A stretch of DNA of 64,000 nt. It comes from Phoronis australis. Its lineage: Eukaryota > Animalia > Phoronida. The notes beneath the pieces are model-generated. The model worked only from the letters and a program-made list of their open reading frames with translations. It was not told the origin of the DNA and searched no databases. Made by a program: the position numbers and the translations under genes. Location: the NCBI GenBank assembly GCA_002633005.1, contig NMRA01000373.1, positions 1-64,000 of the forward strand, in the 5' to 3' direction. Each line of letters opens with the position of its first letter. Position 1 is the first letter of the stretch. This document shows positions 24,769 through 36,300 of the stretch, in pieces.

Positions 24769-26312
24769 AACAAGAGCAACGCGAAGTGTTGAAATGCGCC
24801 CACGAATGCATCGCAAATGGTGTGCTTTTAGGGTTATTTATTAGTATCATAAAAATGGCCACTAGATGGCGCAAAAATGTACACTACATCCAAAAACGGG
24901 ATCATGCCATATCCCATAAAATCTGTCAAGGAACTTAAGAGAAATGAAGGAAAACAGAACAAAATGAAATTGCCACTTGTGGGCACAGCATCCGTTTGAT
25001 CCGCCTGACAGTCATCGTCTGTTATCTTCATATAAATTCACTTACTAAATTTAATAAAGAGCCTGCAGTGGGTTTTGGAGATACAGTTATGGGCCAAAAA
25101 CAAAACTACCACTAGGAGGTGCCACAGTAGTCAGTCGCCATCATCAAACGTCCTCTTGACAGTCACTGAAAACATATAGGCCAATTTTCAAAACCATCCC
25201 CAGAATGATTTGGTTGATCGAGGGGTGGACGCCAAAAACAAGATTTGAAAACAGCAAAAATGGTCACCAGGTGGCGCAAAATATCTCGATTCCATCCAAA
25301 AACAGGATGATAGTGTCCGAAAGTCGTCGTCATCCGTTGTCAACATCATATAAATACACTTGCTAAATTAAGTAAAGATCCTGCAAACGGTTTAGGAGAT
25401 ACAGCGATGAGCGCAAAAAAAACAAAACTGCCACTAGGAGGCGCCACAGTAGTCGAACTCGTTGGAAAATCATCGTCAGCCATTCACTTCATGGTAGAAA
25501 GTATTAACAATTTTCACAATTATCCTGAAAGCAGTTTGGTTGATAGACGAGTAGACGCCAAAAATGCTCAAAAACAGTAAAAGTGGCAACTAGGTGGCGC
25601 AAACTAGGTCGGATCCATCTGAAAACAGAGAGATAGGTGCCTGTACGCCAAATTTTATAAAAAAAACGTTGAGGACATTTGAACATAAAGAGGTAAACGT
25701 AAAAAGATGAAATTGACACTAGGTGGCACACCAGAAGTCAGATCCATCCGAAAGTCGTCGTCCGTTGTCAACATCAAATACACTTACTAAATTTAGTAAA
25801 GATCCTTCCAACGGTTTAGAATACGGCCATAAACACAAAAAAGAAAAACTGCCACTAGGAGGCGCCACAGTAGTCGAAATCGTCGGAAAGTCATCATCAG
25901 CCGTCCACTTCATAGTCAAAACATACGTGCCAATTTTCACAATCATCCTTCGAGTGGTTTGGTTGACTCGAAAACAGTGAAAATGGCCACTAGGTGGTGC
26001 AATCTACGTTGAATCCATCCGAAAACGGGAGGACAGCGTCATCTCACTAATAGGTGCTTATATACCAAATTTTATGAAAATCCATTCAGGACTTTTGAAG
26101 TAAACGTAAAAAACTAAAATTGCCACTACGGGCACAGCGGTAGTCGGAACCATCCGAAAGTTCGCTCATGCCGTCCCATCCACGGTAGGAACACGTGCAA
26201 AATTTCATGAAGATACATCAAGGCGTTTTAGAGATAGAGCAACGGATGCCGGACGGATGGATGGAGATGATGGCATAATGCGTCCACATATAAATATGTG
26301 GGCGCATAAAAA
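24769..26312 (-). mobile_element. Non-autonomous Helentron/DINE-1-like element with central tandem repeats, copy 3 (inverted, between the MGMT and PKD 3' ends)
   Basis: Reverse complement of copies 1 and 2: AACAAGAGCAACGCGAAGTGTTG at 24769, GGAC/GGAT microsatellite and GCGTCCACATATAAATATGTGGGCGCATAAAAA hairpin end at 26312. Ten motif units at ~24859, 24972, 25110, 25265, 25431, 25587, 25716, 25851, 25986 and 26122. Confidence 0.85.
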
Positions 26313-27352
26313 TTGGGGGGGGCTATAGCTCCCCAGCCCCCTATGGTGCGCTGCCCATGCATTATTGTAATTTTGACCATAAAATGTTAATTCAAAGTCT
26401 CGAACATCAACCCGAAATTTCCTGCCAAAAGCCAATTGAATCTGAACCAAAGCATCAGACTTCAATACCTCACACAACAGAGAGTAGATCTTGCAATATC
26501 AACATTCACGACTACACTGTTACCATACACAGTTGTGCTTTCCAAGAACTAAGACATAATTATTTAAATAAATGATTAAATTTATGCTAGAAAACCAATC
26601 GAACCCAAAAATTTTTTGAAATATGCACTCCCAACATTTTAAACGTTTGGCAGCTGAGAAGCACGTGCCTGGACGGTTAAATTATGGCACAATAGGTGTA
26701 GGCTATCGTTGACTAGATAGAAATGACCTGGTAAAATTTAGCACTGGAATAAGTACGTGACCCTTTCTGTCAGTTAAACTATAGTTTACTCCAGTTTCCT
26801 CATGAAGGTTTAAGTGACTAAAAGTCACATGACCATAATCAAAAGTTACATGTACATGACACTGAGAGTGTAGTAGTCTGACGAGACTAAGTAATTTCCT
26901 GTGCTGAGAGTGTTTCGTTTTCCATATCACATCATTCTATTATTAAGTACTGTGCAGTTTACTAATATTTTGTCAAATGGGGCAATGAGGTGACATCCAG
27001 ATGTGTGGAGGATGCCCTTCAAAGTGATTAATTACCGTCCAGACATTCGACAGTTTGAATTATACGCTAATAAGCTGAAGAATACATTACCTTTTAACCA
27101 CGCCATGAAACAAAAAATTGAAACCAAGATTGATACAATATCTGGCAATGGACGGTTACTCACTTTCTTAAAATTTAATATTTTGTAATTGAAAAAATTA
27201 TACAGACTATAGCAGTGGTGAAAATAAACGGTCTAAACAAGCGGCAAAAAAATCAAGCTACCACTTCCTGCAAAAGCGTAATTCTGAAATTTCTACGATC
27301 TAAATTTTTTTTTTCTTGAAGCCGCTGCGCTCATGAAGTGCTTCTTCCAACA

Positions 27353-30300
27353 TCAGGTCGTTTTAGTCTGCTGACTACCACGAGAGGGCGCTGCGCCAGG
27401 TCTATTGAACACGAAGTAGTCCATCAATTTGTCCAGCAGGGTGTCCACTTTGTCCTTGAACTCCTCACACTTCTGATACGTGTCCTGCTCTCCAGCTACA
27501 TAATACATGAAAGCACCAACTAGTGACCACCATCCAGTGTTTATTTCAATCTTGAACTGATACAAAATGCGGCAGCAACTCAAGGGACAGGCAATGCATA
27601 TTTGAGCCATTTACGAATTTGCAATTATTTTAAACTTGGTCAAACCTAATCAACTCTGACACGTTTTTGTGAGTCCCTGATGGTTTCGATGGTCTTGTTA
27701 GTAACGAAAACCAAATCCTATCCTGGCAAGGAGACCGATTTTATGAGCTGAAGTGGCCTAATTGACTTTTTTACTTTTGGCAGCTTAACAATGAAGAATG
27801 CAGTATTAACTCATTCAAAATGATTGTGTACTTACAACAGGAAAGGTAATTTTAAAGTGAAGTTTCAAGTACTTACAACCATAGTAAACGTGTTGCCTGT
27901 CTTTGTGTAATGTCACCTTTTTCTGGCCACCAAATCCAATCATTTGCTTAAACCTGAAAATAACAGGTATTGAACATATGTGTACCAAAGAATATTGTTT
28001 CCAGGTTATTGCATGGTCACTTGCAGGGGACCAACATTTCTCAATTGAATAACAGTCAGCAAACTGGTTCTCAAAGTGCTGCTACCTAATAACATTTGGT
28101 GAAATTATGAGCATTTGTGGCAAAGCGACAAAACTTTGAAATATGGAAAATGGCAACTTGAGCAATCATTTTTCTCATATCTCGAATCTTTATAATACTT
28201 GAGATTATGGACAACTATTGTACAGTGTTCTGAGAATAGTTTCACACACGATACTAAAACTTACTTGCCAAAGATGAAATCCACCATCTCGTATTCATTG
28301 GACTGTTTCGACAGGTCATGCTTCACCGAGCTGAACGACTCATTGATTATGCTCACCATGAGATTAATGAGTATGAAGGACATTAACACGATGTAACCCA
28401 CAAAGAACACACGACCCAGCACGGGATAAGACAACAATAGACCTTCCAGGTGGAACTTGTCTGTAATGAATGGTAGAATAACAACTGAACATACAGTTCT
28501 GTACAAGACAAAAGTAATCAGACAAAATAGGCTTGAGTTGTCTTGCAAAATCTCTTGTGGCACTTTTTTATTGCCCATCGTACCAGCGATTACCATTTTT
28601 TATTTTAATTATTTTAATTTATTCACTGTCTATTACCTGTAATTGTATTAGTCGTAATGAATGACCGGACATCACCTACCTCGGTCTCCTTTTCCTATCT
28701 GGAAACGAGCTTGTGATGAAGGTATCGTATATTATTCGGGACACAAGTCGATCAAAAATGGTATTTCACTCGATAATTATATTTATGCGAGCATTTGGAC
28801 CTGTCTTACTCCATCCCCCCCTCATTTAGGTCTAGTCCATTACTTCCTTTGTATACGGCATCCTGCACTTCGCTTTCCCAGCCTTCTTTTTGGTCTATTG
28901 TTATCATGTGCCCTGAGTTTGGTCAGCTCTTGGCTCTCATAGGCTCAACCATCCCCCTATTAGGCATTTTTTCATACCTCCACGTAGCTAGTGCTTTTTA
29001 TTGCCTATCTTACCAGAGATAATAATTTTTTATTCAATGTCTACTACTTGACTTATCGCCAACCTCTGTCTCCTTTTCGTCTCTGGTAACGAGATTGTGA
29101 TGAACGTATCAGACATGAGTAAGACTGGTAGGGTATAAAAAGGTTAGGTGAATTACAGCCACTTTTTAATATCGTTTGAAAGTAGTAATTGAACANTGTA
29201 TTAGTCGTAATGAATGACCGGACATCACCTACCTCGGTCTCCTTTTCCTATCTGGAAACGAGCTTGTGATGAAGGTATCGTATATTATTCGGGACACAAG
29301 TCGATCAAAAATGGTATTTCACTCGATAATTATATTTATGCGAGCATTTGGACCTGTCTTACTCCATCCCCCCCTCATTTAGGTCTAGTCCATTACTTCC
29401 TTTGTATACGGCATCCTGCACTTCGCTTTCCCAGCCTTCTTTTTGGTCTATTGTTATCATGTGCCCTGAGTTTGGTCAGCTCTTGGCTCTCATAGGCTCA
29501 ACCATCCCCCTATTTGGCATTTTTTCATACCTCCACGTAGCTAGTGCTTTTTATTGCCTATCTTACCAGAGATAATAATTTTTTATTCAATGTCTACTAC
29601 TTGACTTATCGCCAACCTCTGTCTCCTTTTCATCTCTGGTAACGAGATTGTGATGAACGTATCAGACATGAGTAAGACCGGTAGGGTATAAAAAGGTTAG
29701 GTGAATTACAGCCACTTTTTAATATCGTTTGAAAGTAGTAATATGAACAACTTACTTCCTTATCTCAGCAGCATTCCCCTTCTTTCTCCACCATTCACTT
29801 ACCTTTTCCCCTGGCTGTTACTGCAACTAAATTACTCATCTCAGCAACACTCTTCTTTCCCTACATGATTCACTGTCCCTCCCCCCATACTTTTACTAAC
29901 AATAACTCACTCAGTAACATCACCAACAGTGTCTCGACGGCTGTAATGAAAGAGTGGAACTCAAACAGGAGACTGCTGAAGCATAGGTAAGCCAGCTGGG
30001 CGTAGGCGAGCAAGAAGACACTGAAGACAATCATGAAGTTGGAGATGGGTCCCAGGGCTGTGCGTAGTGTCAGACTGAACATGGACATCTTTTTGTTGAA
30101 GTGCAGCAGCTTGAGCACTTTGACTGTCACCAGAAAGAGGATGAGTGCGAGGAAATAGCTGTAGAGCTGGAACAGGCAGACATTTAGAAAGGTGTGAGAC
30201 AACGGAGGGATGATGGGCAACTCGAAATTTGCTAGGTGGTGACAGTTAAAACTGCTCTGTTTATGACTGACTGAAAACAAAATCCTAATAGGTCATTTAC

Positions 30301-33300
30301 TCTGCGTCTTAAAATCAGCCTCGTATTATTGCTTACCAATTAAAGTCACAAGCAATACATACATGCACCACATTTTTGAATTCCCAGTCTTAGTAGGGTT
30401 GGCCAACCACAATAACATTGAAAAGTTTTTTAGAAATTAAGAATTTGAAAATGGGGCCTGTGACTCCTGCCACGATAAGGAATTATAGTCGAGACACATT
30501 TTATGACAGTAAAAGACCCAATTCAACTTCAGCTAGCTTTAAACAGAGACATGCAGCTTTAAACAAGGGTGCCAGAGATAGAAAGGCATGAATTCAGGCA
30601 TTCACATGACATGGGCCCACAATTGCACCTCTGCTGATGCACTGTCACTTGTTTTTGCTCTCAATCTTTTCCGTTGTTAAACTTAGGGGGACCTTTTTCA
30701 CTGGCATCACCAAGTGAATATCGAATGGCCTATTACAAAGTACCTGGTGTAGAATTGCAAATAACCAAAAAATATAGACAAAATCATTGCTATTCCCCCT
30801 CAAGTGGAGGCAACTGAAAATAACCAAAACATGCCCAACCTGAGTCACTGGCAGCCAGTTACTTTGAGTTACGCTGACTAATAAATATTATGTTCAGAAA
30901 TTTAAAACTACATTTGATGATAAAAAACTAAATCAATGGAAATTATACCCATTTCACATCACTATTGTACTTCATCAAATTGTCCTGTACAAGGCCCAAA
31001 GCTATCGTCAAAAGCCCCGTTTGTCTATCAGGAAATCAGACCTCAGGTCCTTGCGTGGAGTATAAAGCATTTAACTCTATCAACAATAGCTTCACGGCAA
31101 TAAAACACTGGCTAATAAGTAAATAAACATATCATGTATCATGGACTAACACTGGGGACTTGCTCAAATTGAACCCATCGTAAAAAGTTCAGTCGTATCA
31201 TTTTACCCAAAGATGAACAAAAAATGGTCAAAATGGATGCATTAGGCTTCGGCTCTTTGGCACCTGTTAATGAATAGCACAGTGGTAGACTATTGGCTTG
31301 CGAGTCATAATGACGGACAAATGAGCATGATAACTGTTAATTAACAATGACAAAACTGATATCTGCAAGGATAAAGCCTCAAATTAGAAACCGGCTGTCA
31401 CCTGGAGTTAAAACCAAATGAGATAAGTTTTGAAACGAGTCGGTCAGACTAGCTACTCTGAGTTATGCTGACTAATAATCAAACAGGGGAAAATGCTTTG
31501 ATACCAACCTATAACTAGTAAAGGTGGTGCAGGACCTTATCAACTAGTCAGGGTTTTTATCAAGTTATTTACAAAACTTAAGATTTTAACTCAGTAAAAG
31601 TACACATTCTGAAAGTTAATTTTTGACTTTATACCAGTAAGTCAATAATGGGGTTATGTGACCATGTGGTTTGTAGTAAAATGTTTGACTGATGCAACTT
31701 ATTTTTTTGAGAGACCACTAAATACATGGAAAAGTGGAACATTTTAAAAACAATTCTTATTATGTCATTTTGGAGAATGACGCATTACGTATAGTGCCTG
31801 AAAGATCTGATCAGCCATTTTCCAAGATATGACGTTATGAACTTAACCAAATTAGGACACTTCTAAGATCCTTAAAACTAAGCTTTTATGTGGTACTGAA
31901 TCGTTACCTCATCCCACAAAACAGCATACTGAAAGTTCCCAAAGGCCTCCTTGTTCTTATGATACCTTGCTGACGTTCGCTTTGCTGCCACGATTCTGAC
32001 AAAGAAGAGGCTGAATGTGATCACATTCAGACACACTTGAATCAATTCCACAATGTTCCACGACTCCTGAAAACAAAAAGATCAAGGACAGTGAATTGAA
32101 AACTTAAGGTCACTTTGCCCCAACTCAATGCATGCAATACATACAAAATAATCGAATGTAATAATTTTTGCCGTTGTCACAGTAGATGACTCATCAAGAC
32201 ATGTCGTTAAGCAGCTACTCCGAAGGTGAATTCCATTTGCTCCCAGATGTCATGACAAGGACTTCCCCAGCACTCAGCAGGGCTCTTTTCCGATTTCCTA
32301 TTATTGTATTTCCTGCAGTTTCCTCTTCTTTCACCTCTTTTTATCATTATTTTTGTGTAATTCATGCAAAAATGAACAGTTAAGTTTTACAATGCAAAAA
32401 ATATTACTATCACAAAAGCCCGCTTATTTGTGGAATGAAGCGTCACCTGGAAAATTTTCCTCTTTTTTTGTCACTGGTCATTCCAAGCCCTGCCTCAGTC
32501 ATGACGAGCAATACGTCTGCCCTTATGTAGCACAGTAAGTAACACTAACATTCTAAAGTAAACTACCCAGAATGCAACACACGTGCCAAACACTTGTCTT
32601 ACACAGTCATGCAAATGCATTACCGTAGTCATTATCTCATATCTTAATTACTAATTCATTACACCATATCTTATATGTCAATTGTCATATAGTGTTTGAT
32701 TTCTGTTTCTGTTGACAAAGGAAGTTATTACATCCGAAAATTTCAGTTGATCCATACTTGTTGTTTTATTTACCTATTTAATTACTAAGTAATTCGTCCT
32801 TGTTATGCAGACACACTTAATGTACTATTGCATTTTGAATTGCAATGCTCACACTTGACAAAAAATGACAAATCATGAGTGCTTAATGCCCATTGTATTG
32901 TTCATCCTTTGTTAATCAACACAGACGTAAGTGCCAATGTTTTAACACCTGAGTCATACATGGGCTTTTCTTCCCCATGTATGAGAGGAGTACAATAAAG
33001 AACGGATCTGTTCATTTTCTCCCATTATTTATGGCAAGCACAGTAAATACAGCAGTAACTGTAACACATGTTGAAGCAGCACGATTCCTCTATATGATTA
33101 AAAAATTACTATCATTCCCCAATGACCGTGAAACTAACAAATTTAGAGTGCCTGCAGTCACACAAACTTGTTCAAATGACTCACACAAAAAAATTACACT
33201 CATTTCTTTAAAGCTGACTGATGCACTCCTTAAACAGGCTTGTACGCAATCACATGTTATTGAAAATTAAAAAGAGGCTAATCAAAAGTTACACAAACTT

Positions 33301-36300
33301 ACTTTCAGGAATAATATTAATTGTAATCTTCCATTCAAGAGATTTAGTGACGACCAATACATATTAACTACTGAATGTATTTTGGGGAAAAGTACAGCAT
33401 TTGTTGGAAGTGTCGCATAATTCATGTCGACGTTTCCCCATTTTCATGGCGCAAATTAATCATAACTCAAACTAATTACCCAAAAACAGCACCTAAAGCA
33501 ACACCCAGAGTTGTCTCAGCATTACGTCTAGTAAAGAAAGAATCAAAATACGCCATGAGTCATCAGCATGAATGGTCATAAAAATGCACCTTAAAATATT
33601 CTCTCTTCATTTTTTTCATCTTCTTAATTTCAATCACTGTGAAGTAGAGTATCGTCAACCCCGTGATGATCTCGATGGCCATTACGAAGAACATATAGCT
33701 GCCTACGTAGCGGTCAAGACGCAAGACGTGCAAGTGCGGGTGAACTGTGGTACCTGAGAAATACAAGTCGAGCAAAATGGCTCGTTTATTACGTAATTGA
33801 ACAGTAATATACCCAGGGTTAAGTACAGCACAATTTGATTTAAACTGCTTTAACCAAATATCTACTATTAATGTAACGACAGGGGAAAACCAAGCCACAT
33901 TTATTACAGATATTTCATGATGATATCCAATTTTGTACCATTGTCCAACTGCCCAAACATGACCATCACAAATTCTTAGTGTTTTGACCAACACAAGGTT
34001 ACCAAATACTATACATAACAGTTTCAACAACAGAGACGCAGTCAACAGTTGGGGCAAAAGAACAGCTGCAGTACTCTTATTTCATTGAAGTTGTAGCCTA
34101 CCAATTCCATTTGTTCCCACTCGCTCGACAATGATTTTGATGATGACAACCAATCACCGGGCTTTTTGAGCGAAAAAATTACCTCCTCCATTGGAGAATT
34201 CAACCAAAATCATGGAGACACCGTGGAGATTCAGGTTTGCGTTGTATAGGACAAACTCTACAAACACGGCTCGTGTGTGCAAATCCAGCCAGCTGGAGTT
34301 ACGTAACCCTCTCAAAATGTCCATTGAAGTAGCGAGATTGGCACCCAACTCGGCGACATATCCCCCACCTCCATAGTATAATGCCAGTATTCCGTGATGA
34401 GGGTAGCCATCTAGGCGAATGGCACTCTGAAACTGCCACTCAGTTGCCGTGGTGTTAGAAGACAAGCCTAAAGAAAAAACAACCACCATTAGCCAACGAA
34501 TTTAAAGTAAGACACGAACTGCAGAACTTCTGATCAGTGGAGATTATTCATCTTGCTCTATCTTTACAATAACCAGAAAGGATTCAGATGCCCAAGCCTA
34601 ACCGACACCTTATTGGATCCCTAAAGAGGCCTGTCCAAATGTTTAAGAATAACATACCCACAACATGACTCTTACAACACACTAACCAGAGGTGTTGCAA
34701 TCTGTTACGTTTGTTCTCTGACTGTGAATGATACCTAAGGGCTCATTTGCACTGCCAGTACTGACCCTATCAAGAGCAAAGCAATACTTAGGAGTTCTAA
34801 ACATTAATTGTTACTGTGAGTGTGTACAAAAATAACCCTAAGTAATCAAATCAGTTCAACGATACCAAAAGTGTAAAAGTGTTACTTGTGGGAACAAAAA
34901 GCTGCCAGATCTCTTGAAAATCATTCCATTGGATTTACTAAATATATTAGGTCCTATTCAAACATTTGCATTTTTCAAAAGTAATTGCCAATCAGCAACT
35001 TTTAATGATTGTTAAGATTAGTACGTGGCACCTTATCAACAAGTTTAGTGTACATTTAACCAAATTTCTACAAAACTGCAGTATTTAACTCAGCAAAAAT
35101 TCCGTATCAAGTGATTTTTGACTTTATACCAATCTGCCACCAATTAAGTAATGTGACCTTATTATTTAAGGAAAATTTATCAAAACATAAATATCATTTA
35201 AGTATTAGAATTGTCTGGTTCATCCTCATTATCACGTTCTTTGGATTCTCGGGTCATTGGCCCTCTTTGTTCTATGATTATTGGTTTAATTGTACCACAT
35301 GATCTCTTTGTCTTGTCGTAACACTGGGCCATATCATCCATAATTCTCTTCAAGTTTCGAGTTTTCAGTCAATTTTTATTTGAATTTTCCCCCACTCTCC
35401 ATCATTTCACCTCTGAAATGTTATCGTAATTTTTTCCTGATGCATTGTAGATTTTAAACATGCCACATAGTTGTTTGATTTTGGGCTTAACGTCCGTTGG
35501 CTGGGTGCCGACCTTATTTCGCCTGCGGTAACCGCCCAGGGCTTGTCCTATCAGGGCTTCCATATTTCATTTCATTTTCCAAGTCTATCCTCCAGACTTA
35601 CCCTTCCATTCAGTTGGTCCTCATTCAAGTACAGTATTCCACTGTTTCCACGATGATGGCACATTTAATGCTTATTCCTTAACTTCCACATCAAACGCCT
35701 TCTCACCAACCACCCCACGGTCTTCCTTTGGACCCACAGGGGTGGTTTCTGGAAAGACACTTTACAGCTTTATCGCCCTGACCTCATCCATTTTAATCCT
35801 TCAGGCATCCGCAAGCAAGCTCTCAGTGTCTGTTTCACTTTCGGCCACCTGCACCTCCGCCACCTGGGTCTCCTTTCATAACTGCCCCCTACCACATTCC
35901 TCACTATTTAATTCCTTGTATAATTTCAGTATGCCAGTTATTGTCTTGCTGCCCCATTCACCGGTCCCCTTTCACATCTGCTTCTTCCATTAATTTTATA
36001 CGTTATTACTTTCAGTTACGACTCAGTCAGGTAACACATTGAATGTTTACTTCAGTTTACATGTTGTTTACTCCATCCATGCAGTGGTCCCTGTACACAG
36101 GCTACTCTATCTGGTAACATCTTGGGTGTTCACTTCAGTTTACACTTCGTCAGTCGTCCTCACTTGGACTACTCCATCTGCAGGTAACACCTTGGGTGTT
36201 TACTTCAGTTTACGATTCTTTTTCATTTTATTCATTGGTTCCCGTTTCTACACGTGTCTGACAGTTCAAGTTTCTATAAGATTATAACTTAGTTCTTTAT

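Noticed and set aside
16529-25980. Many short ORFs sharing a PPSGNF peptide, suggesting a repeat protein family
   Set aside because: The peptide is the translation of the DNA motif CCMCCTAGTGGCAATTT. Frames are not kept between units and there is no splice structure.
28261-28270. Possible non-canonical GC donor (G|GCAAGT) or stop codon ending the PKD gene
   Set aside because: The canonical AA|GTAAGT donor gives the phase-2 junction that keeps frame with exon 27953-27877.
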